DNA from: Nitrosarchaeum sp.
GTDB lineage: Archaea; Thermoproteota; Nitrososphaeria; Nitrososphaerales; Nitrosopumilaceae
DNA: 64,000 nt
Direction: 5' to 3'
Assembly (NCBI GenBank): GCA_965223865.1
Contig: OZ245020.1
Location: forward strand, 1,216,001-1,280,000
The translations under genes were made by a program, and so were the position numbers. Numbering within the stretch: the first letter of the stretch is position 1; every line of letters starts with the position of its first letter. The notes under the pieces are model-generated. The model made no database searches. It was not told the DNA's origin and saw only the letters and a list, made by a program, of their open reading frames with translations. Of the stretch, positions 51,787 to 60,003 are shown one piece after another.

Positions 51787-51878
51787 TTGGAAGCAAGGTT
51801 GTTTGCTGGTTTGATGTATTCCACATATCCCCCAAAGGGACTGAAGATAAAGAATACGTCAAACTTGCTTGCTTTCAA
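51787..51878 (+). ncRNA. Candidate structured small RNA (long interrupted hairpin)
   Basis: 11-bp and 13-bp stems, each with a G-U pair on the + strand. Confidence 0.45.
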
Positions 51879-51918
51879 AATACATAACTCTTAATTCTGG
51901 AGAGAATTTCGTAAAAGT

Positions 51919-52305
51919 ATGAATGCAAGATTCATGACTTCTATGGGAATTGCAATTATTGGATTGGCCGTAGGATTTTATCTATTAAATGACATTCAAC
52001 AAGAAAGAGAATCTCAAATTTCTCAAAGTAGCTTAGATAAAGCCCTACAAGAATCTAATGATAGACTTTCAGTTGTAAAAGATGAATTTTACAATGGAAA
52101 ATACAATGGTGATTTGCCAAAAGAAGAAGTGATTGTAATCATTAATGAAGAGGTTGAAATTCAAAGAGATCTCTTAGAACAATACAACAGATTGCCAGAA
52201 GATAGTAAGACAGACAAAACCATTGACATGAGATTCTTTCAGTTAGGAAAGTATTCTTGGGCAGGAGAAGAATCTATGTTACTGACACTTGAAAATACTC
52301 CATAA
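51919..52305 (+). CDS. Membrane-anchored hypothetical protein
   Basis: N-terminal TM helix. Confidence 0.7.
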   Translation: MNARFMTSMGIAIIGLAVGFYLLNDIQQERESQISQSSLDKALQESNDRLSVVKDEFYNGKYNGDLPKEEVIVIINEEVEIQRDLLEQYNRLPEDSKTDKTIDMRFFQLGKYSWAGEESMLLTLENTP

Positions 52306-52416
52306 AATAATAGAATTATGATTTTTTTTATTAGTGTTTTTTGAGAAATAGAAATAAACTATAATAGATTACATTAATGTTCACTCTTACTATTTTTAAT
52401 TTTTTTTACGTTATTT

Positions 52417-52692
52417 CTAAAAATGATGAGACGATCCTCTATACTCTGATTTTTCTTTCTCAGTTAACAATCCCACATTTGAATTAAGTAGCTCTAGAAG
52501 GTCTTGAAATGCCTGGCACTGTTTATCAATTGAAAATAGTTCTTCACAATTTGGACATTGAATTACAGTATGAATTCCCCAATCACATTCAATCTCTTCT
52601 ATTAATTCAAAAATCACATCTTTATTGCATGAACTACAATGAAGTATTTTTTTTACAAATTTTTCAGGTTGCACCTCTGAATTTTGAATCAA
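52417..52692 (-). CDS. Zinc-ribbon protein
   Basis: CSSC...CPNC. Confidence 0.7.
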   Translation of the reverse strand: MIQNSEVQPEKFVKKILHCSSCNKDVIFELIEEIECDWGIHTVIQCPNCEELFSIDKQCQAFQDLLELLNSNVGLLTEKEKSEYRGSSHHF

Positions 52693-52947
52693 AATTCAAT
52701 ATATGTTATAAAGCAGGTTGTAGAATCAATTATTCATGCTACTTTTATGAGACCATGTTTAACCTAAAACTATAACATGGCAATAGCCACTATTTTTTTT
52801 ATCATTTTTTCATAAATCTTCTAATTTTTGAATTAACTGCAAGAAGTAATGAGGGATAGCAATACAGTCTTTTCTATGTTTTGAGAATTTTTCCTCAAAT
52901 TACTTTATTACCTACAATTTTATCATATTGCTCAAAAAGTGAAATAA

Positions 52948-53154
52948 ATGACTGAATGCCCAACCTGTAAACTATCCATGGAGTCTCATTCAACTTCGGA
53001 TTTAATGGAGTGCTGCATGAAACAGATTGGAGATGAATTTTCTGCAGAAACTAGTGGAATTTGTCCTAATTGTAAGCATGAGATAAAAAAACATTCTGAC
53101 AAAGAACTAGCAGAGTGTACAATTGCATATCTAAAGTCAGGAATTGGAAATTAG
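52948..53154 (+). CDS. Protein with two tandem C-x2-C-x6-H-x7-C units
   Basis: CPTCKLSMESHSTSDLMEC and CPNCKHEIKKHSDKELAEC. Confidence 0.75.
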   Translation: MTECPTCKLSMESHSTSDLMECCMKQIGDEFSAETSGICPNCKHEIKKHSDKELAECTIAYLKSGIGN

Positions 53155-53278
53155 GACAATACATGAACAAAAAAATCAATGAGTCACCTTGCTAATTTAA
53201 TTGAATAATTTTTAGGATAAAAAAATTTAGTAAATATACAATGATGATCTAAAATACTAGAAAAAAAATAAACACTTA

Positions 53279-53620
53279 ATGTCAGAAAACAAGCGACGCT
53301 TTAGAAAATTCTCAAAAAGAACAAAACCACTAACGATAGAGGACAGGATTAAGAATTTTATTTTGCGGAATTCCAAAAACGGATTTTACACTAGAATATC
53401 TACTCTTTCATACAAATTTGAAATACCTCAGGACCGAGCATGGGAAATAGCTGGAGGCCTTCTTGCAGATGGAACTTTGGAATCTATCCATGATGAACGG
53501 TCTGGGGAAATGAAACTTTGTGAATCTGGAAAAATCTACGAGATCTTAAATCAAGAACAAAAAAGAAAAACACAAAAATCCATAGAATTTAGAAAAAATA
53601 AAAACCAAAAATCAAAATAG
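53279..53620 (+). CDS. Basic hypothetical protein, possibly wHTH
   Basis: 113 aa ORF. Confidence 0.7.
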   Translation: MSENKRRFRKFSKRTKPLTIEDRIKNFILRNSKNGFYTRISTLSYKFEIPQDRAWEIAGGLLADGTLESIHDERSGEMKLCESGKIYEILNQEQKRKTQKSIEFRKNKNQKSK

Positions 53621-53674
53621 CACTGGAAATCTTTGATGATGATTCTTTAAATTACCCATATCCAGACAATCATT

Positions 53675-54094
53675 GTGAAAAGAATTCTAGTGGCATTAGA
53701 TGGTTCAAAAAATTCATTCAGAGGACTCACAAAGGCCATTGAAATAGCTAAACAAGATCAATCAAAAATAATTGGACTAAATGTAGTGGAATTACCTCAA
53801 TCATATTTTGTAACTAGACCTAAAACTCAAATGAAACAAGTATTGGCAAACGCATCAAAAAAAATACTAGAAGAAGCAAAAAGAAAATGTGTCAAAGCAG
53901 GAGTAGATTTTGAGTCTAAAATGATTCCTGGAGGAGATACAGGGTATGATATTGTAAAATACTCTAAAAAACATAAAATCCATACAATTGTCATTGGAGC
54001 AAGAGGATTGAATCCTCTAAAAGAAATGGTTCTTGGAAGCGTTTCTAATTATGTTTTACATAAATCAAAGATTCCGGTTCTTATCGTTAAATAG
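53675..54094 (+). CDS. Universal stress protein (UspA family)
   Basis: RILVALDGS, IVIGARG, LGSVSNYV, PVLIVK. Confidence 0.95.
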   Translation: MKRILVALDGSKNSFRGLTKAIEIAKQDQSKIIGLNVVELPQSYFVTRPKTQMKQVLANASKKILEEAKRKCVKAGVDFESKMIPGGDTGYDIVKYSKKHKIHTIVIGARGLNPLKEMVLGSVSNYVLHKSKIPVLIVK

Positions 54095-54146
54095 AACTAT
54101 CAAAAATAATCACAAGTCTTAATTTTGTAAAAAATTAACAAATTTT

Positions 54147-54257
54147 ATGAATACTGCCCCATATTGGAACAAGAAAGTTTGTTCTGATTGTAAAAGAATG
54201 AAATGTCAAAAAGGATGCTTGTGTGATTGCCATCAGCTTAGAGACAGGCCATACTAG
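54147..54257 (+). CDS. Cys-rich microprotein (36 aa)
   Basis: MNTAPYWNKKVCSDCKRMKCQKGCLCDCHQLRDRPY; CTTAAT 29 nt upstream. Confidence 0.65.
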   Translation: MNTAPYWNKKVCSDCKRMKCQKGCLCDCHQLRDRPY

Positions 54258-54291
54258 AAACCATTAATTTAATTGAAAATCTTAACTAGTT

Positions 54292-54384
54292 ATGGATGAA
54301 GGTCAAATCTTGGTCCCATTATTGATAGTTTTTGCTGTGGGAATTTTTGTAGGAAGTAGAATATGGATTATGTTTAGAAAATAA
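54292..54384 (+). CDS. Single-TM microprotein (30 aa)
   Basis: MDEGQILVPLLIVFAVGIFVGSRIWIMFRK. Confidence 0.55.
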   Translation: MDEGQILVPLLIVFAVGIFVGSRIWIMFRK

Positions 54385-54422
54385 CAAAACTCTTAATTTT
54401 ATTTCCTTTTTAAAAGAAAATT

Positions 54423-54512
54423 GTGTCTGAAGATGAGAATTTACCTGCACAATGCCATCCTGTAATAAAACCTAAAAAGAAAAAAATTTCTAAAGAAAAA
54501 CCTGACGAGTAA
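54423..54512 (+). CDS. Basic microprotein (29 aa)
   Basis: MSEDENLPAQCHPVIKPKKKKISKEKPDE; CTTAAT 31 nt upstream. Confidence 0.45.
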   Translation: MSEDENLPAQCHPVIKPKKKKISKEKPDE

Positions 54513-54882
54513 TTTTTCAGAAAAAAAGAATTGAAGCTAGTAGAATCTTAGAATTGCTTTAAAGTGGATTGTATAAAAGATTGGTAAAAATTAACAGTGG
54601 ATTTGATAATAAACACAAAACGATCTCAAGAAAATGAAAAAGAACTATACAAAAGAAATATCGATTAAATTACTAAAAAATCATTAGAGGATTTGATGGG
54701 CAGTCACATTGGATAGAATTATCAAGTGTCTTTGGATTTTACAAAAAATTAGAATTTGCGCTAAAACCAGTCCCAAAAAAGCATTCTAAAAGAATTCATC
54801 TTTTTTGATCTTACTTTGAACTAGAGAAAACATATATAATCTTAATCAATACCCTTAATTTTGCAAACCCTTTAGAAAATCA

Positions 54883-55029
54883 ATGAAACAATGCAAACTT
54901 TGTGGAACTCCTTTGGGAAAAGAACCTAGTACATTGGAGCTAGAATCCCACTGGAAAAAACATCATAACTGGCATTGGGAAGACAATCGAGAAAAAACTC
55001 CAGAAGAAGCTATTCTTAAAAAAAGATAA
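54883..55029 (+). CDS. C2H2-like His/Trp-rich microprotein (48 aa)
   Basis: MKQCKLCG...HWKKHHNWHW; CTTAAT 29 nt upstream. Confidence 0.7.
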   Translation: MKQCKLCGTPLGKEPSTLELESHWKKHHNWHWEDNREKTPEEAILKKR

Positions 55030-55044
55030 TCTTGTGTAAAAAAA

Positions 55045-55102
55045 TGACGTCTTGGAATAGCAGTCGTTTATAGCATGCCTAGACCGCTACACGAAGGCGT
55101 CA
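55045..55102. ncRNA. Candidate structured small RNA
   Basis: Nested stems TGACGTCTT/AAGGCGTCA and TAGCAGTC/GACCGCTA in a GC-rich intergenic patch. Confidence 0.4.
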
Positions 55103-55355
55103 ATAACAGTCATATTTTGCATTATAAAACCAGGATCAAAAAAATTCTAAACATTTGTTTAATTAATTAAAAAAATTAAAACTAATTTTTAGAATATGCT
55201 TAATCATTGATTGTTTGCAATCTTATCTAATATTAGAAAAAATGTCTCGGTGTAATTTTTTCTTATATAACACTGAATTTTTTAATATTATTTTCACCCA
55301 AAAACTGTGAAAAATTTAACTGTTAAAGTATAATACAAAATTTTGTATTTGAAGC

Positions 55356-55589
55356 ATGTCCGAAATTGAAGCCTATGACCTAAAGGCTCGAAAAAAAGTA
55401 TCGATGAAAAACCCTCAACCCTACTTGATGAAAAATGGGACATGGGCACTAAAAGGTATTAGCTCAGAAACAGGAATTGCCTTGTTTAAGATAGTTGGAA
55501 AGACACCTCCCTCGATTTTACCTTCTCGAACTCAGTGGATTAAAAACCTCTTTACAAGCAGACGTTGTGAATGCGATAAATTATGTTAG
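55356..55589 (+). CDS. DUF5679-like protein lacking the usual cysteines
   Basis: EAY....K..M.NP....MKNG..ALKG....G..LFKI pattern. Confidence 0.75.
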   Translation: MSEIEAYDLKARKKVSMKNPQPYLMKNGTWALKGISSETGIALFKIVGKTPPSILPSRTQWIKNLFTSRRCECDKLC

Positions 55590-55666
55590 ATTCTTTTCTC
55601 TATCTATTATCAAATAAAGAAATCAAAGCAAGATCTTAAGTATTGATTGAACCTGTAATTTTTTTA

Positions 55667-55789
55667 ATGAGCGATGATCCTTTTTGTCATTGTGGTTCAT
55701 GTGGCCATGAAAAATTAGAAGAGTGTTACTCAAAACAATGTCCTTGTTGTTTAACTGATCATCCAGGGGCTTTTGGAAAAAATAGATGA
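55667..55789 (+). CDS. Metallothionein-like Cys/His microprotein (40 aa)
   Basis: MSDDPFCHCGSCGHEKLEECYSKQCPCCLTDHPGAFGKNR; CTTAAG 32 nt upstream. Confidence 0.7.
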   Translation: MSDDPFCHCGSCGHEKLEECYSKQCPCCLTDHPGAFGKNR

Positions 55790-55790
55790 T

Positions 55791-56144
55791 CTAACTAATT
55801 CTCTTGTATGTCTGATGAAATTCTGTACATATAGTATAAGCAATGTCTTGAAGATGAAAGACATCCGAGATGTTCTTTTTTCCTTTTGAAATACTGCGCA
55901 TGATTGTCATACACTTTGTATTTTTCAGAGAGTCTGGCTCTTCGTCCTGAGTCCAAACGTGAAAGCAATCTTCAAAATCAAGACAGAATTTTAAAATAAT
56001 TACTTCCCAATCCTCAGAGGTTTTTGGTATGTTCATTGTTTCAGCTAATTCTCCAAACTCATTTCTCCTATCTCGGAGTAGCAGATTCAGAGTCTCTCTA
56101 ACCAACTTTGGATCATATCCATCAATTAAACCAATTCTGTCCAT
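55791..56144 (-). CDS. Hypothetical protein
   Basis: 117 aa ORF. Confidence 0.75.
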   Translation of the reverse strand: MDRIGLIDGYDPKLVRETLNLLLRDRRNEFGELAETMNIPKTSEDWEVIILKFCLDFEDCFHVWTQDEEPDSLKNTKCMTIMRSISKGKKNISDVFHLQDIAYTICTEFHQTYKRIS

Positions 56145-56163
56145 GAATCCAATTGTTCTTTAG

Positions 56164-57090
56164 ATGTTAAAAAGAATAGTGTTATTTTCCGCCTTGAAAA
56201 AGATTCTCAATGTTGGAGAAAGTAAATGTAAAATTAAATTAGATGTAAAAAAAACTGGAACCATAGCCCCTAGAAAATTCTTTATCTACAAAGCAGATGG
56301 TAGCAAAGTTCCATTCAATGAAAACAAAATTCTTAGCACATGTATGAGAGCAGGTGCAAGCAGAAAAACCGCAAAACGAATTTTGAAAAAGGTTAGATCA
56401 GAGGTATATCGTGATATGACATCAAACGCTATCTACAAAAAAGTATTGCATGCTATATCTCAAGAAAAAGACCTCAAAGCTCTTCATCAGAGATATCAAT
56501 TAAAAGACGCCATAATGAGAATGGGTCCTGCTGGATTTACCTTTGAAAATTATGTTGCCTCCTTATTGGAGTATTATGATTATCAGGTTACAGGTATTAG
56601 ATCAAAAATAAATGGAAAATGCACGTCCCATGAGATTGACCTAATATGTATGAAAGATACTAGAAAATTTTTGGTCGAATGCAAATATCACTCTAGCCAT
56701 GGAGTATACACTGGATTAAAAGTATCATTGTATACTCATGCAAGATTTCTTGATACTGTTCCGAAATTTTCAGGAGAGATAATATTTTGCAACACCAAAA
56801 TTTCAAAAAATGCAAAAAAATATGCTAAATGTATAGGACAGCAAATTTTCTCTTGGAGATACCCTGCATCGAATAGTTTGGAGAAAATAATTGAGAAACA
56901 CAATCTATATCCGATCACCATTCTAAACTTGACACAAAATGAGTTGAAGATATTTTCTGAAAGCAATATCATGGTTGCAAAAGATCTACTAAGGTATGAT
57001 GAGACCAAAATTTCAAGAATGACTGAAATTTCTAAAAAAAGAATCAGTAATTTACAAAAATTAGTAGAGCAAATTTTTCATCCACGATAG
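56164..57090 (+). CDS. ATP-cone plus Mrr-like PD-(D/E)xK nuclease protein (start uncertain)
   Basis: KADGSKVPFNENKI ATP cone; GPAGFTFE, HEIDL, VECKYH. Confidence 0.88.
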   Translation: MLKRIVLFSALKKILNVGESKCKIKLDVKKTGTIAPRKFFIYKADGSKVPFNENKILSTCMRAGASRKTAKRILKKVRSEVYRDMTSNAIYKKVLHAISQEKDLKALHQRYQLKDAIMRMGPAGFTFENYVASLLEYYDYQVTGIRSKINGKCTSHEIDLICMKDTRKFLVECKYHSSHGVYTGLKVSLYTHARFLDTVPKFSGEIIFCNTKISKNAKKYAKCIGQQIFSWRYPASNSLEKIIEKHNLYPITILNLTQNELKIFSESNIMVAKDLLRYDETKISRMTEISKKRISNLQKLVEQIFHPR

Positions 57091-57143
57091 ATTGATTAAT
57101 TTTTAATTGAAGCTATTAATTTGAGACTCTCTCAAAACTTTTC

Positions 57144-57611
57144 ATGTCTTTTGAAATTCAGTGGCATGGAAACTTTTATGGAATTTCTTGGGCGTATGAA
57201 AAAGACAGACTCGTTATATCGACTGTATTTGAAGATAAAAATGAAGCAATAGAGTTGGCAAAAGAAGTAGATGATTGGAGTGAAAAATTTACTCGATTAA
57301 CCATTATTGAAAAAAACAATGGTGAATATGCAATTTGTTGCTATCAAGATCCCCAAATTTCAAAGACTAAAAATATTGGGTTGTATAGAAGTGGAATGCC
57401 TCAAGCGGGGGGCTATGAAAATGCAAAACCTATGCTTAAAGAAAAATCTCCTTTGTTACAGATAGCCTATGCAGCTGATGTTCGAGATATGCAAACATAT
57501 GAGCAAATTTCACGCCTAATCCCTCTAAGAAAATGCAGAATTATCTCAGAAAATGATCTAAAAAAACAAGAATTTTTTTATGAAAAAAAGGCTGAAAATT
57601 CTCAACCATAA
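57144..57611 (+). CDS. Hypothetical protein
   Basis: 155 aa ORF. Confidence 0.75.
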   Translation: MSFEIQWHGNFYGISWAYEKDRLVISTVFEDKNEAIELAKEVDDWSEKFTRLTIIEKNNGEYAICCYQDPQISKTKNIGLYRSGMPQAGGYENAKPMLKEKSPLLQIAYAADVRDMQTYEQISRLIPLRKCRIISENDLKKQEFFYEKKAENSQP

Positions 57612-58218
57612 TATTTCTCTAAAATAAGTTTGACCTGAGTATCTGAAACCTGAGAAAAATCTTCATAGAGCTGCCCAACAGCAGAAAAATCATCTGGAAT
57701 TAATAATACAATAATTTCATCTACAAAGTTTTTCAGTTTTTTTAAAGTATAAGGAGGCATTACAGGTACAGATAAAATAATTTTTTTCGTTCTTTGTTTT
57801 TTTATCCAATTTAGAATAGCAAAAACAGTAGAGCCTGTTGCGATTCCGTCGTCGACTAGTATGATGCATTTATCTTCAAGAAAATACATGTCATCTCCTC
57901 GATATTCTTTAATTCTTCTTTTTACTTCTTCTTTTTTTGTTTTAATTCATCTTCAAATCTTGGATCATCACAAAATTTTGACCAGTATTCACTTTGGTAT
58001 AGTGTTCCATCATGCATTATAGCCCCTATGGCATACTCTGAATGATCCGGTGGAGTAATTTTTTTTGAAATAATCACATCTAAATCACATCCTATTTTCT
58101 GTGCAATAATATCTCCTAAAATCACGCCACCTCTAGGAATTGCAAGAATTAGTGAATTTTGGTAATGTGGAATTTTTTCTGCTAATTTTTTTCCTGCATC
58201 TACTCTACTTTCAAACAC
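57602..58218 (-). pseudogene. Phosphoribosyltransferase-family protein split by a one-base deficit in A7 (possible sequencing error)
   Basis: FESRVDAG/IPRGG half and VDDGIATGST/AVGQLY half join if one base is added at 57932-57938. Confidence 0.85.
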
Positions 58219-58317
58219 ATTAGGTTTTGGAGATTATGATATTATTGTTTACATCTCCAAATTTTCAATTTTTAAAATCATCAATTTATTTAAATTTCAT
58301 GAATGCAAATAATAATT

Positions 58318-58399
58318 GAGATACAAGGCCTTAACTCTTACGGGGGTAGTGGTTTGCATGTTACGTCCTATTGTGCGAATGAAAAAGGCTTTGCATCTC
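58318..58399 (+). ncRNA. Candidate three-way-junction small RNA
   Basis: 15-bp closing stem, UACG-capped hairpin, third stem; upstream TATA and downstream T-rich tract. Confidence 0.55.
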
Positions 58400-58754
58400 T
58401 TCGAATTTTCTATTTTTGGCTGAGTGTAATTCAAATTATTTGCTCAATGAATGTTATTGAATAATAACATGGACAGATTCAATGTCTAAGAATTGAATCC
58501 GTCCATATATGGTCGGGTATGCATTCTATTGAAAATATAATAAAAAGAATCACTACTAATTTGATCATTGAATTCTTGCTGATAAATCGTTCATTAGAGT
58601 TTTAAACAAATTTTGTAAAATCGTACCATGAATGATAACACTGAATCGACATGGGAAGATGTAATTGGCCTTTCTTGGTTGATCTCTGAGGAATAATTCG
58701 AGAATCTAATTTTCATATGGAATTCTTTAATTTGACTCAATTTGTACCAAGTTT

Positions 58755-58955
58755 GTGCCTGAGAAAATAGAATGTCAATGTAGCAAATGTAAATGTTCTG
58801 AAGAATTTGAATCAATAGACAGAGAGCTGTTGTTAAATCTAATCACTCATGGCAGAGTAGATAAAAAAAGAGCGGAATATCTTAAAAGTAGGGTAGGAAG
58901 TAATCTCTGCAAAAATTGCTTTAGTGGAAAACACACTAAAGTAAGCACAGAATAA
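58755..58955 (+). CDS. Cys-rich small protein
   Basis: CQCSKCKC...CKNCFSGKH. Confidence 0.7.
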   Translation: MPEKIECQCSKCKCSEEFESIDRELLLNLITHGRVDKKRAEYLKSRVGSNLCKNCFSGKHTKVSTE

Positions 58956-59135
58956 AGTCAGAAAAAATTAGATTTATGATAATTTGAGAATTAGTTATTG
59001 ATTTTAATATTTTGTGGACATTAATTCTCAAATATCAAACACATTACACCTAAAACAAATTTATGGTCTCAATTAAGTGGTAATTTCAATTAATGAAAAT
59101 TGGTTTTACTGTTAATATTGAACTAGAGAAATTTT

Positions 59136-59558
59136 TTGGACATGGATATGAACAAAATTCTTGTGCCAATAGACGGCTCAAAAAAATCTTTTGAAGCATT
59201 AGATCGTGCTTTAACACTTGCAGGTTTTACTCATGGAGAAGTGACTTGCGTTCATGTAATTCCTCATGTTCAGGAGGGTGGACTACGAACAAAAACCTTT
59301 GATAAACACTTGAAAGAAGATGCAGAAATTGTTTTAAAAAAGGCACAAAAACGCGCTGGAAACAAAAATGTAAAGCTTAAAACCAGGATTCTCCGAGGTT
59401 CTCCCAGTCACGAAACATTAACTATTGCTAAAAACGGAAAGTTTGATCATATTGTAATGAGTACAACAGGAAGTGGATCTGCAAAAGGAGATATGTTAGG
59501 AAGTGTATCTAATCACATTCTTCATAAATCAAAAATACCTGTGTATCTGATCAAATGA
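59136..59558 (+). CDS. Universal stress protein (UspA family)
   Basis: KILVPIDGS, LGSVSNHI, PVYLIK. Confidence 0.95.
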   Translation: MDMDMNKILVPIDGSKKSFEALDRALTLAGFTHGEVTCVHVIPHVQEGGLRTKTFDKHLKEDAEIVLKKAQKRAGNKNVKLKTRILRGSPSHETLTIAKNGKFDHIVMSTTGSGSAKGDMLGSVSNHILHKSKIPVYLIK

Positions 59559-59794
59559 CTCTTTTCAGTTCAAAAAATAATTGTACTCAATGCGATGAAA
59601 AATTCTCAAATCATGATGAATTAGTAAAACATGTTCGTAAATTACATCACCGTACAATAGTAAAGTGTACTGAGTGTGGCAGAGAATTCATTCATGAAAA
59701 GCACAGACTAGAACACTTTAGAAAAGAGCACAAAGAAAAGAAAATGAAGGATAGAACCTTCAAAAGTCTGTTTAAACATCAGAGAAAGTCCTGA
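59555..59794 (+). CDS. Double C2H2 zinc-finger protein
   Basis: CTQC..F..L..H...HH and CTEC..F....H...H; overlaps uspA stop by 4 nt. Confidence 0.85.
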   Translation: MTLFSSKNNCTQCDEKFSNHDELVKHVRKLHHRTIVKCTECGREFIHEKHRLEHFRKEHKEKKMKDRTFKSLFKHQRKS

Positions 59795-59873
59795 AGTAGT
59801 GAATTACATACCTCACATAAGTCAACATAAAACATACGCCAATAGTTTAATCATTTACACGTTAATTACTTTC

Positions 59874-59966
59874 ATGGAATTACAATGTGGTTGTATCGTA
59901 GATGAGATAGGAGGAATTCTTTTAGCTGAATGTAAGGAACACAAAAAGGCCAATTTTAGGCACTAA
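59874..59966 (+). CDS. CxC...CxxH microprotein (30 aa)
   Basis: MELQCGCIVDEIGGILLAECKEHKKANFRH; TTTAAT 28 nt upstream. Confidence 0.6.
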   Translation: MELQCGCIVDEIGGILLAECKEHKKANFRH

Positions 59967-60003
59967 TTTTTTTATTTTATAAAACAATCCCTAAGAACTT
60001 GAT

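Noticed and set aside
51841-51847. CTGAAGA resembling a hammerhead ribozyme core
   Set aside because: The required GAAA segment and three-stem arrangement are not present
55761-55770. CCAGGGGC matching the tRNA-Phe 3' end as a possible att site
   Set aside because: Only 8 bp, inside a coding sequence, and separated from the tRNA by core genes
51787-58510. Intergenic hairpins as integron attC-like cassette sites
   Set aside because: No shared RYYYAAC/GTTRRRY ends, not one per gene, and no integrase
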